Shown here one piece after another: positions 1 to 9,020 of a stretch of DNA of 43,977 bases. Numbering within the stretch: the stretch's first letter is position 1; every line of letters begins with the position of its first letter. The stretch comes from an uncultured Fretibacterium sp. (GTDB lineage Bacteria; Synergistota; Synergistia; Synergistales; Aminobacteriaceae). The notes beneath the pieces were generated by a model. That model saw nothing but the letters and a program-made list of their open reading frames with translations, did not search any database and was not told where the DNA came from. The translations under genes were made by a program, and so were the position numbers. The DNA lies in the NCBI GenBank assembly GCA_963514535.1, contig CAUPUB010000004.1, forward strand, positions 1 through 43,977. The letters run 5' to 3'.

Positions 1-1085
1 GCGTTCTCCGCCTCGTACTTCCGAAGGAAGGCCACCAGCGCCTCGACGCCCTCCTTGGGCATGGCGTTGTAGATGGAGGCGCGCAGCCCGCCGACGCTTC
101 GGTGCCCCTTGAGGTTGTCGAACCCGGCGGCCTTGGTGGCGGCCACGACCTTATCGTCCTGCTCCTTGCTGGGGGTCACGAAGGGCACGTTCATCAGGGA
201 GCGATCCTCCTTCGCCACCGTGCCGCGGAAGAGCTTGCTCTGGTCCAGGAAATCGTACAGGACCGCGGCCTTCTCCCGATTGCGCCGATCCATCTCGGCC
301 AGGCCGCCCATCTTCAGGAGGTACCGGAAGATCTTTCCGCAGCAGTAGATGGCCCAGCAGTTGGGCGTGTTGTAGAGGGAATCGGCGTCGGCGTGGATCT
401 TGTAGCTGAGGTAGGTCGGGACCTTGTGGTCCAGGTCGTCCCGGAGCAGGTCCTCACGGATGATGGCGACGGCCATGCCCGCGGGGCCGACGTTCTTCTG
501 CACGCCGCCCCAGATGAGCCCGTACCTGCTCACGTCGCAGGGGCGGGAGAGGAACATCGAGGACTGGTCGGAGACCAGGACCTTTCCCTTCGTGTCGGGG
601 AGCCTGCGGTAGGTGGTGCCGTGGATGGTCTCGTTCTCGCAGATATAGACGTAATCCGCGTCGGCGGGGACGTCCAGGTTGGAGCAGTCGGGAACGTAGG
701 AGAAGTTCTTGTCCTTCGACGACGCGGAGATCTTCACCTCGCCGAATTTCTGCGCCTCCTTGATGGCCTTCTGCGACCAGGCGCCGGTCTCGATGTAGCA
801 GGCGACGCCGTTCTTCATCAGGTTCATGGGGACCATGGCGAACTGGACGTGCCCGCCGCCCTGGACGAAGAGGATCTTGTAGTTGTCCGGGATGCCCATG
901 AGCTTGCGCAGGTCGGCCTTTGCCTCGGCCAGGATGTCCTCGAAGACCTTGGAGCGGTGGCTCATCTCCATGACGCACATGCCGCTTCCGCGGTAGTTCA
1001 TCATCTCGGCGGCGATCTCCTCCAGAACGGGCTCGGGCATCATGGCTGGACCTGCGGAAAAGTTATATGTGCGACCATACTTCAT
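1..1085 (-). CDS. serC: phosphoserine aminotransferase, 3'-truncated by window edge (N-terminus complete, start codon at 1083-1085)
   Basis: The reverse-complement translation from 1085 reads MKYGRTYNFSAGPAMMPEPVLEEIAAEMMNYRGSGMCVMEMSHRSKVF..., which aligns with the E. coli SerC N-terminus (NFSSGPAML..VMEVSHRGKEF). The gene is absent from the ORF track because it has no stop codon inside the window. The plus-strand ORF 102..1121 is its antisense. Confidence 0.85.
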   Translation of the reverse strand, partial: MKYGRTYNFSAGPAMMPEPVLEEIAAEMMNYRGSGMCVMEMSHRSKVFEDILAEAKADLRKLMGIPDNYKILFVQGGGHVQFAMVPMNLMKNGVACYIETGAWSQKAIKEAQKFGEVKISASSKDKNFSYVPDCSNLDVPADADYVYICENETIHGTTYRRLPDTKGKVLVSDQSSMFLSRPCDVSRYGLIWGGVQKNVGPAGMAVAIIREDLLRDDLDHKVPTYLSYKIHADADSLYNTPNCWAIYCCGKIFRYLLKMGGLAEMDRRNREKAAVLYDFLDQSKLFRGTVAKEDRSLMNVPFVTPSKEQDDKVVAATKAAGFDNLKGHRSVGGLRASIYNAMPKEGVEALVAFLRKYEAEN

Positions 1086-1359
1086 AAGAATCGACCTCTT
1101 TCCATAATATTTTGCGGATGACTCGGATTCGTTGTTGGTCGGGGAGGCGTGGATCAAGGGAGGACCGAGGCGAAGCGGAACACCGGACGGAGGCCCGCGC
1201 CGCGCCTCTTGTCGTATGGCCGCGCTCCCCAGCAAATGCAGTCCTTGCATCTCACGGGAGCGTCAGGTGAAGCTCTGTCGTGCCACCAGAAATTTCGACA
1301 TCGGTCTTCCCTTCTTATTCCTTAATTTAAGGATAGGATCTAAAGAACGGTAGGGCCTT

Positions 1360-2388
1360 TCAGTCCTCGGCCATCAGGCCTTTAACCTCGTCAAGGGACA
1401 GCTCGGTCGCTTGGGCAATCTTATCAGGTTCAAACCCCATCTGAAGCAGGTTTCGCGCAGTCTTAACCCTGCCCTCGGCCCTGCCCTGAGCCATACCCTC
1501 GGCCCTGCCCTGAGCTATGCCCCTGGCCGTCGCCTCGTCAATGTGCGTCTCCTCAATCGCCTTCCGGTCCATCTCCGCCATCTGCGCTCGAAGCTGATAG
1601 TAGCGGTATTCCGGCGTCCCCCAATAGCTCTGCTCCGCCGCGTTCACCTTCCGGAAAACCTTGTCCTGCGTCAACACTTCCTGCACCAGTCTCACCCCCA
1701 GATCATCATTGACCATGTATCCGCACCAGACTCTGAGACGCTCCTCGTCCGTAAGCACGGGATTCGACTTTGACTCCGCCCTGCGACAGATTTCCGACAG
1801 ACTCTCCCGCGCCTTGTTCATCTCCACGTAAAAAAGCTGCTGGATGTCCGTCAGCACTTTCCCCTCGGGACTCATCCAACTGAATCTCCACACGCAGCGT
1901 TCCTCTCCCCGAAAGAGCTCAAAAGCCAGGAGGCAGATCACGATCGTCGGCCTCAGCCTTCCGTAATCCTCGCCACTCCCAAGCGGCTCGATAAACAGCT
2001 TGTCCAGATAGAAAAGGCCGCGTGGGATGAAATACTTGTGGTTCTCACGCTGGAGCTCGACGTTCAGATGGCGCCCTCGCTCGTCAACCACCGCTATATC
2101 GAGCCTCGACTCCTTCAGGTGGGCGCCATTGGGGAGAAGAGCGGTATTGCGAAGCTCGAGCTGCTCGATACGGGGACAGCCCCGGACGGAGAACAGAGCA
2201 TTGAGCAGGTCCCCGAGCAGGTCCAAGCGTGAGGGACAGCCCAACAGAAAACGAAAGAAAAGATCGCGTGAACGATCGATCTTCGTCGGGAGTCCGCCTG
2301 TCTCCTCGAGACGCAGCATCTCCCTCCGATCCTCATTTGTCATTACCGGCAGGAGCCATTCTTCCCGTTCGTTCATGCTCTTCCCCAT
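1360..2388 (-). CDS. Rpn/YhgA-like PD-(D/E)XK nuclease family transposase (recombination-promoting nuclease)
   Basis: A 342-aa ORF with protein-like composition. Its C-terminal ...IAQGRAEGMAQGRAEGRVKTARNLLQMG... repeat tail and overall architecture are typical of the Rpn/transposase_31 family. It sits in the accessory patch between serC and tRNA-Pro. Confidence 0.65.
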   Translation of the reverse strand: MGKSMNEREEWLLPVMTNEDRREMLRLEETGGLPTKIDRSRDLFFRFLLGCPSRLDLLGDLLNALFSVRGCPRIEQLELRNTALLPNGAHLKESRLDIAVVDERGRHLNVELQRENHKYFIPRGLFYLDKLFIEPLGSGEDYGRLRPTIVICLLAFELFRGEERCVWRFSWMSPEGKVLTDIQQLFYVEMNKARESLSEICRRAESKSNPVLTDEERLRVWCGYMVNDDLGVRLVQEVLTQDKVFRKVNAAEQSYWGTPEYRYYQLRAQMAEMDRKAIEETHIDEATARGIAQGRAEGMAQGRAEGRVKTARNLLQMGFEPDKIAQATELSLDEVKGLMAED

Positions 2389-2605
2389 ATCCTCTCCTCA
2401 CGTTCGATGCGGAGCTCTGGAGCCTCACCTGTTGACTCCTCACACAATCTATCGTCTGAGCGAAAAAATGTCAAATAATACCAATTCGCGTTTTAAGAAG
2501 GGCAAGAAAGGCCCCCCTGATGAAGCCCCTAAGTTCAGCTACGCAAATCTTTGATTTGCGTTTTCGAGCTTATAAGCAGACAACCGGCAAGCGTAGCGAG
2601 CCGAG

Positions 2606-2914
2606 TTGGTCGCTTGGATTCTTCACCAGGGGCTTCGTCAGGGGAGGCCATTCACATTAATCGACCTCAAGGGCATCAAGTGGACGTCGATCGGAAATAT
2701 GAACGACTACGAGAAACAATCGACCTTCTTCCGTGGCACCTTCGACAAGGCCGGCCGCACGGTGTCCAACCTGCGCTACGAGACGGACGCTCTCACCGTC
2801 GGGGCCGAAGATTTTTGCGGAACGCTTTTTGCCAGGGTCCGGACCGCTTGGGCAGCCCCCCTTGTATGGGGGCCAAAAGATCCGGCGCTTCTCTTTTATC
2901 TTGAGACAACTTGA
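2606..2914 (+). CDS. hypothetical protein, possible gene fragment
   Basis: A 102-codon ORF in the lower-GC stretch between the rpn gene and the truncated ATPase gene. Its composition is protein-like (…KGIKWTSIGNMNDYEKQSTFFRGTFDKAGRTVSNLRYETD…), but I do not recognise a family. Confidence 0.2.
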   Translation: MVAWILHQGLRQGRPFTLIDLKGIKWTSIGNMNDYEKQSTFFRGTFDKAGRTVSNLRYETDALTVGAEDFCGTLFARVRTAWAAPLVWGPKDPALLFYLETT

Positions 2915-2942
2915 TAGTCATATTTTTATATGGCAGCGCCTA

Positions 2943-2990
2943 AAACCGGCAGGTGGGGGGAGGCGTCATTCGACAACCTCCCACCTGCCT
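2943..2990 (-). terminator. hairpin overlapping the 3' end of the truncated ATPase gene
   Basis: An imperfect 13-bp inverted repeat, ggcaggtggggggagg ... cctcccacctgcc, spans the stop codon at 2966. Confidence 0.35.
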
Positions 2991-3658
2991 TCCATTCTTC
3001 CCCCGACACGGTGCAGCAGACCACGCTGGCGCAGGTTCCGGATGTTTCCCCGCACGGCTCGTTCGGTGATGCCAATCAGGGATGCCAGCTCCGGGACCGT
3101 GACTGAAGATTTCTCCCGGCAGGTCTCGAGGATCTTTTTCGATGACCTCCCAATGCGCGCCTGGGGCTTCCCCGGTGTTTTCTCCTCTTGAGACTTATTC
3201 GAAGTTTTTCGGACGCGCCTGGAACGTTTTCCCGAAACAGGGGCAACCCCTGGGATCTCCTCCGAAACGTCAGCCGGGATGGGCAGTACTTCAGGCCCCG
3301 TTATCTCGACTGTTTTTCGGAGGATCGTCGCGGTAAACAAGCAGCTGTCGCGGTCGTCGACAAATTCGATGGCTGGCCATTCCTCGAGGGCCCGTACGAT
3401 CCCCGAGCCCAGTCCATGGTAGGGAAGCAACCCCTTGGCCGCGTAAGAGGCTAAAATCGGGTTACGGATGTTGGAGTTTCCGGTTCGAATCTTCTCGACG
3501 GTCATATTGTCCGGCAGGTGTCCGGGGCTTTGGATCTCAATGCGGTCGTCGAAGATAAGTAGGCGAATCGAGGCGCTGATCAGATAATCGCGATGCACCA
3601 GAGCATTGACCAGCAGCTCCTCGAAAACCGCTTCAGGGATCTCGGACAGGCCCGGCAT
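2966..3658 (-). pseudogene. 5'-truncated gene of the AlbA_2 / HATPase_c_4 (RecG-C-terminal-like ATPase plus wHTH, Schlafen-like) family; only the HATPase_c_4 and C-terminal winged-HTH part are retained
   Basis: This is the C-terminal 231 codons of the spurious 968-aa ORF 2966..5872. They carry the EIPEAVFEELLVNALVHRDY signature of HATPase_c_4 and a C-terminal HTH (VPELASLIGITERAVRGNIRNLRQRGLL). Possible start codons lie at 3656-3658 or 3782-3784. The N-terminal AlbA_2 domain, expected from the family, is missing, and the upstream reading frame runs straight through the antisense of tRNA-Pro. Confidence 0.45.
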
Positions 3659-3785
3659 ATTCACCCCGCACGTGCCCGGGGCCCACGCACGCTTCCAGAT
3701 CGAGGTCAGCTTAACCCATACCATAACGTGCTTAATCCTCGATAAGGCCGTCGCAACCTGCGGATTTTGGGCATCGCCAGGCATC

Positions 3786-3813
3786 TTGACCTTTTTCAAA
3801 AAAACGTTAAAAT
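3786..3813 (+). promoter_or_regulatory. sigma70-like promoter for tRNA-Pro
   Basis: TTGACC (3786-3791), a 16-nt spacer, then TAAAAT (3808-3813), about 14 nt upstream of the tRNA 5' end, in an AT-rich stretch. Confidence 0.5.
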
Positions 3814-3826
3814 ATGTGGTCGTGTT

Positions 3827-3904
3827 CGGGACGTAGCGCAGTCTGGCTAGCGCATCTGCATGGGGTGCAGGGGGTCGGAGGTTCGAATCCTCTCGTCCCG
3901 ACCA
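3827..3904 (+). tRNA. tRNA-Pro (anticodon GGG), CCA encoded
   Basis: A cloverleaf read directly from the sequence. Acceptor CGGGACG/CGTCCCG, D-stem GCGC/GCGC, anticodon stem TCTGC/GCAGG with loop ATGGGGT (anticodon GGG), T-arm GGAGG-TTCGAAT-CCTCT, then A-CCA. Confidence 0.85.
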
Positions 3905-3917
3905 TATTGTGACGACA

Positions 3918-3958
3918 AGGGCTCTTCCGTAAAAGACGGGGCGCCCTTTTTTGTTTTT
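3918..3958 (+). terminator. intrinsic terminator after tRNA-Pro
   Basis: A GC-rich imperfect stem, gggctcttccgt...acggggcgccc, is followed by tttttt g ttttt. Confidence 0.6.
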
Positions 3959-3982
3959 CATTTCATCTCCATTCCCTATCCC

Positions 3983-3990
3983 TGTATAAT
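3983..3990 (+). promoter_or_regulatory. extended -10 element (TGTATAAT) of the putative tkt promoter
   Basis: TGnTATAAT lies at 3983-3990, about 130 nt upstream of the tkt ATG. The -35 region is weak. Confidence 0.4.
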
Positions 3991-4006
3991 AAGTCCGTTC
4001 GGTTTC

Positions 4007-4090
4007 GCGTCCTTCCTTGTTGTCCGCCGAGAGGGAAGGGCGTCTTCCAACTTCCTCTGCGGCGGCGAAGGCTGCGTTCGGCGTTTTTTT
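4007..4090 (+). promoter_or_regulatory. structured tkt 5' leader: 10-bp hairpin followed by an intrinsic-terminator-like hairpin plus T7 (candidate attenuator)
   Basis: Hairpin 1 pairs 4007-4016 with 4034-4043 (gcgtccttcc / ggaagggcgt). Hairpin 2 is cggcgaa-ggctgcg-ttcggcg (4063-4083, one mismatch), followed by ttttttt (4084-4090), 30 nt before the RBS AAGGAG. Confidence 0.4.
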
Positions 4091-4120
4091 CGATCGATCT
4101 TGAAAAAGGAGTGAAGCGCA

Positions 4121-6070
4121 ATGTCTCTGCCCCATCTGCATGGCTTTCCGGTCCCGTCCCTCTCCGGGGAACAGATCGCTTCCCTGGAGGAGGCGGCGCG
4201 CCTGGCTCGCATCGATGCCGTGACCATGGTCGCGGCCGCCAACAGCGGCCATCCGGGCGGCGCGTTTTCCAGCATGGAGATGTTCCTGTCCGTCTACGGC
4301 GTGGCGAACCTCACGTCGGAGAACTGCGGAAGCTCGGATCGGGACTACGTCGTTGTCTCGCACGGCCACACCTCGGCCGGGGTGTACGCGGCCCTCGCCG
4401 CTTGGGGGTTCTTCGACGCCATGGAGGCCGTCTCCCACTTCCGGAGCTGCGGCAGCGTCTTCCAGGGCCACGTCGAGCGCGACATCCCGGGCGTCGACTG
4501 GGGGACGGGAAACCTGGGGCAGGGGCTCTCCGCGGGCGTTGGCTTCGCGCTGGCCCAGAGGGCGCGGGGCTGCAAAGGGCGCACCTATGTCCTGATGGGG
4601 GACGGGGGACAGACGAAGGGGCAGCTCGCTGAGGCCCGGCGTATGGCCGTGAAGGAGGGGCTCGAGAACCTCGTCGCCCTGGTCGACTGGAACGGCATCC
4701 AGATCTCGGGGAACCTCGACGCGGTGATGCCCTGCAACCTGAAGGCCCTCTGGGAGGCGGACGGCTGGGAGGTCGTGGAGTGCGACGGGCATTCCTTCCA
4801 GGCCCTTTACGGGGCGCTGCGCGGCGCGGGGTCCGGGGGACGCCCGACGGTCCTGCTCTGCCGCACCGTCATGGGCAAGAACGGCGGCGCCATGGAGGGG
4901 ACGCACGAATACCATGGAAAGTCCCCGAAGAAGGACGTCTACGAACAGGTCATCGAGGGGCTGCGGGGCGACCCCGGCGTTCTGGGAAGGGCGCTGGAGC
5001 TGCGTTCGGCCCCCTTCCGCTTCACGGGCAGGAAGGTCGAGCCCCTCGTCCCCTCCCTGGACCTGGGCAATGCCTTCACCTACGACGGGGCGAAGACGGA
5101 CAATCGCGGAGCCTTCGGCCGTGCTCTGGCCGACGTGGGGCGCCTGAACTGCGGAAAGGAGGGGCGGACGCCCCTGCTGGTGTTCGACTGCGACCTCGCT
5201 CCCTCCGTCATGACGGAGGAGTTCCGCAAGGCGTGCCCGTCCGGCTTCGTGCAGTGCGGAATCCAGGAGCACTCCACGGCCACGGCCTCGGGCGCGGCGG
5301 CGGCGGCGGGCGTCGTCTCCGTCTGGGCGGACTTCGGCGTGTTCGGCATCGACGAGGTGTATAACCAGCAGCGCCTGAACGACATCAACCACGCGGGCAA
5401 CAAGACCGTCCTGACCCATGTCGGCCTCGACGTTGGGGAGGACGGGAAGACGCATCAGTGCATCGACTACGTCGGGCTGCTGCGCAACAACTTCGGGTGG
5501 AAGCTCGTGGTCCCGGCCGACCCGAACCAGACGGACCGGGCGACGCGCTGGATGCTGGGCACGCCGGGGTGCATCTGCTTGGCGATGGGGCGCAGCAAGG
5601 TCGATGCCGTCGTTGATGCGCACGGGGACCCGGTCTTCGCCGGGGACTACCGCTTCGAGTACGGCAGGGCGGTTCGGGTACGGCAGGGCGGGATGGGGAC
5701 GATCTTCGCGCTGGGGTCGATGACCCAGAAGGCTCTTGCGGCCGCCGGGCTCCTGGCAGGGCAGGGCATCGACGTCTCGGTCTGGAGCGTCTCCTGTCCC
5801 CTCGAGGTGGACCGGGCCGCCCTCGGGGAGGCCTGCGCCTCGGGGTACGTCCTCACCGTCGAGGACCATCACGCGGGGAGCGGCATGGGGGCGGTCATGG
5901 CCCTGGAGATGGTTCGCGGCGGATTTTTGGCCTCAGCCTCGGCCCCGGTCCGCTTCGAGGCCATGGGCGTGACCCGTTACGGGGACTCCGGGCCCGCCGC
6001 CGAGGTCTACCGCGCGATGGGGCTGAGCCCCGAGGGCATCGCCGAGACCTTCGCCCGTCTGAGGGGCTGA
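4121..6070 (+). CDS. tkt: transketolase (single-chain, 649 aa)
   Basis: The N-terminus ...AAANSGHPGGAFSSMEMFLSVY...DRDYVVVSHGHTSAGVYAALAAWGFF... carries the TPP-binding transketolase signatures. The C-terminal pyrimidine-binding and transketolase-C domains follow in the same polypeptide. RBS is aaaaaggag. Confidence 0.9.
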   Translation: MSLPHLHGFPVPSLSGEQIASLEEAARLARIDAVTMVAAANSGHPGGAFSSMEMFLSVYGVANLTSENCGSSDRDYVVVSHGHTSAGVYAALAAWGFFDAMEAVSHFRSCGSVFQGHVERDIPGVDWGTGNLGQGLSAGVGFALAQRARGCKGRTYVLMGDGGQTKGQLAEARRMAVKEGLENLVALVDWNGIQISGNLDAVMPCNLKALWEADGWEVVECDGHSFQALYGALRGAGSGGRPTVLLCRTVMGKNGGAMEGTHEYHGKSPKKDVYEQVIEGLRGDPGVLGRALELRSAPFRFTGRKVEPLVPSLDLGNAFTYDGAKTDNRGAFGRALADVGRLNCGKEGRTPLLVFDCDLAPSVMTEEFRKACPSGFVQCGIQEHSTATASGAAAAAGVVSVWADFGVFGIDEVYNQQRLNDINHAGNKTVLTHVGLDVGEDGKTHQCIDYVGLLRNNFGWKLVVPADPNQTDRATRWMLGTPGCICLAMGRSKVDAVVDAHGDPVFAGDYRFEYGRAVRVRQGGMGTIFALGSMTQKALAAAGLLAGQGIDVSVWSVSCPLEVDRAALGEACASGYVLTVEDHHAGSGMGAVMALEMVRGGFLASASAPVRFEAMGVTRYGDSGPAAEVYRAMGLSPEGIAETFARLRG

Positions 6071-6139
6071 GCGGCGCGTGCAGCTCTGTTCGAGGCAGCG
6101 CCGTTCGAGACGCCCCTGTTCGAGAAAAGGGGGATTGCC

Positions 6140-6721
6140 ATGATGGCGGGGCGCATGATGCTTCACATCTGCTGCGCGCCCGACGCGACGGTGCCGATGC
6201 GCGAGCTCCGGGCGGAGGGTTGGGAGGTGTCCGGCTTTTTCTACGGCTCCAACATCCATCCTCAGGAGGAGTACCTCCGGCGCCTTGCCGCGCTGCACAC
6301 CCTCCGGGACTGCGAGTCCGTGCCCGTGGTCGAGGCCCCCTACCTTCCCCGGGGCTGGTTCGACAGGATGGCCGGCCTGATGGAGGAGCCGGAGGGGGGC
6401 CTGAGGTGCACGGCCTGCTTCGCCCTCCAGCTGGAGGCCGCGGCCCTCGAGGCTCGGAGGAGGGGCTATGGGCGCCTGTGCTCCAGCCTGACGATCAGTC
6501 CGCATAAGGACGTCCCGAGGATCCTTCGTCTGGGGGCGGAGATCTGCGGCCGCCACGGGCTGGACTGGGAGCCCCGCGTGTGGCGAAAAAACGACGGCTT
6601 CCTGCGGTCCTTGAAGCTGTCCCGGGAGATGGGGCTGTACCGGCAGAACTACTGCGGCTGTCTTCCGAGCCTTTTGGGGCGGGGGGTGCACTCCCGCTCC
6701 GCAGCGGCGGTCTCCCCCTGA
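6140..6721 (+). CDS. queH: epoxyqueuosine reductase QueH (DUF208 family)
   Basis: Signatures MLHICCAP..., GFFYGSNIHPQEEYLRRL and a C-terminal NYCGC motif are characteristic of DUF208/QueH. Confidence 0.65.
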   Translation: MMAGRMMLHICCAPDATVPMRELRAEGWEVSGFFYGSNIHPQEEYLRRLAALHTLRDCESVPVVEAPYLPRGWFDRMAGLMEEPEGGLRCTACFALQLEAAALEARRRGYGRLCSSLTISPHKDVPRILRLGAEICGRHGLDWEPRVWRKNDGFLRSLKLSREMGLYRQNYCGCLPSLLGRGVHSRSAAAVSP

Positions 6722-6857
6722 TTCCGATTCCAGATTAATCGCATACTTCGATACAGCTTACTTTGTTTGCCGGTCGTCCGCTTACTTCGTTTGTACCACA
6801 CTTTTTGTGTCCGCTGGAAAGATGGGCCTGCTCAAGCATGCGCAAAGGGCCTTTTTT

Positions 6858-6866
6858 TGTTAGAAT
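6858..6866 (+). promoter_or_regulatory. extended -10 (TGTTAGAAT) of the putative tuf promoter
   Basis: TG-n-TAGAAT lies about 90 nt upstream of the tuf ATG. The -35 region is poor. Confidence 0.35.
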
Positions 6867-6956
6867 ATGAGGGGGCGTCGCTGTCGTTGAAGCACAGCTT
6901 CAGAAACCGAACCCCCCGGAACGGAATATCTTTCAATTTTGGGAGGCAATTCGGAG

Positions 6957-8159
<1,203 letters not shown>

Positions 8160-8180
8160 GGCGGTTTTCGTTGGCTCGTG

Positions 8181-8220
8181 GCGGTCCGGCGGGAAGGACC
8201 GCGGTCATAAATTTGTTTTA
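8181..8220 (+). terminator. possible attenuator/terminator hairpin after tuf
   Basis: gcggtcc-ggcgggaa-ggaccgc is followed by a T-rich stretch (aaatttgtttt). The T-run is not immediately adjacent, so this is weak. Confidence 0.3.
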
Positions 8221-8257
8221 CGGTTTTACATTTGCAGCGAAAGGGAAGTGAGCGGTT

Positions 8258-8407
8258 ATGGCCGATATCGTTGGGCTGGTCTGCACGACCTGCAAGCGGC
8301 GCAACTACACGACGACGGTGAACAAGAAGAAGCAGTCGAAGAAGCTGGAGATCAAAAAGTTCTGCAAGTGGTGCAACGCCTCCGTCGTGCATAAGGAGTC
8401 GAAGTAG
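8258..8407 (+). CDS. rpmG: 50S ribosomal protein L33
   Basis: A 49-aa ORF, MADIVGLVCTTCKRRNYTTTVNKKKQSKKLEIKKFCKWCNASVVHKESK, with the classic CxxC...CxxC L33 zinc-ribbon. It is missing from the ORF track, which has a 60-aa lower limit, and follows tuf as in tufB-type loci. Confidence 0.85.
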   Translation: MADIVGLVCTTCKRRNYTTTVNKKKQSKKLEIKKFCKWCNASVVHKESK

Positions 8408-8478
8408 TTTCGTTTTGGGTTCGTTTGAATTGATGCCTCCCCCCGTCTCTTCCAGGGGAGTGCTCGAAAGATAGTGAA

Positions 8479-8524
8479 TCGGTCCTCTCCGCTCGAGTCG
8501 AGAGGACCGATTTTGTCTCTTTTA
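8479..8524 (+). terminator. intrinsic terminator after rpmG
   Basis: tcggtcctct-ccgctcgagtcg-agaggaccga followed by ttttgtctctttt. Confidence 0.7.
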
Positions 8525-8574
8525 TATCTTCAGCTTTATATTCTGCTTTATATTCTTCAGCCGTTCAAGGCATC

Positions 8575-8603
8575 TTGCGCAACGGGTGCCGCTGGTGTAC
8601 AAT
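8575..8603 (+). promoter_or_regulatory. sigma70-like promoter for tRNA-Trp-secE-nusG-rplKA
   Basis: TTGCGC (8575-8580), a 17-nt spacer, then TACAAT (8598-8603), 22 nt upstream of the tRNA-Trp 5' end. It is preceded by AT-rich tandem repeats at 8528-8560. Confidence 0.55.
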
Positions 8604-8624
8604 ACATGCCGTTGCTCTGAATGC

Positions 8625-8700
8625 AGGTCCGTAGCTCAATTGGTAGAGCACTGGTCTCCAAAACCGGGGGTTGCAAGTTCGAGTCTTGCCGGGCCTGCCA
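8625..8700 (+). tRNA. tRNA-Trp (anticodon CCA), CCA encoded
   Basis: Acceptor AGGTCCG/CGGGCCT, D-arm GCTC-AATTGGTA-GAGC, anticodon stem CTGGT/ACCGG with loop CTCCAAA, T-arm GCAAG-TTCGAGT-CTTGC, then G-CCA. This is the canonical position between tuf/rpmG and secE. Confidence 0.9.
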
Positions 8701-8750
8701 CTTTTTTATTGTCCAGGGTGTCGTTTCGTGGTGTCCGCAGGAGGCAATGC

Positions 8751-8954
8751 ATGGCTAAAGAAATTGCGAGTTCGATCCCGGGAATCGGTTTCCTGCGGGA
8801 AGCCAGGGCTGAGCTGAAGAAGGTGACCTGGCCCGGTAGGAGGCAGATTTGGTTTTCGACGTTGGTTGTCATCTTTTTTACACTTTGTGCCTCCGTCTAT
8901 CTGGGGGCTATCGATTTTCTCCTGACGTGGGTTTTCTCCGGGATCCTGAGCTGA
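8751..8954 (+). CDS. secE: preprotein translocase subunit SecE
   Basis: A 67-aa protein with a single C-terminal TM segment (WFSTLVVIFFTLCASVYLGAIDFLL). RBS is GGAGG. It lies immediately before nusG. Confidence 0.8.
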   Translation: MAKEIASSIPGIGFLREARAELKKVTWPGRRQIWFSTLVVIFFTLCASVYLGAIDFLLTWVFSGILS

Positions 8955-9020
8955 CGACGGTTTGTTGGATACGATCCCAGGTGCGCAGGTGGGGGTGAAG
9001 GGACTTTTCCCGAGTTTTTC

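Noticed and set aside
102-1121. 339-aa plus-strand ORF at the window start
   Set aside because: It is the antisense of serC. The minus strand translates into an unmistakable phosphoserine aminotransferase N-terminus, and the plus-frame product is a low-complexity G/V/D/H/L-rich sequence.
3960-4120. TPP riboswitch upstream of transketolase
   Set aside because: It is attractive because TPP is the cofactor, but the conserved GGGGTGC / CTGAGA / pyrimidine-sensing helix sequences are absent. It is kept only as a generic candidate attenuator.
2966-5872. 968-aa minus-strand ORF, the largest in the region
   Set aside because: Only its last 231 codons (2966-3658) encode a recognisable HATPase_c_4/HTH fragment. 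The remainder reads through the antisense of tRNA-Pro and of the well-supported plus-strand tkt gene, and has the Arg/Gly/Pro/Asp/His-rich composition typical of antisense frames in high-GC DNA.
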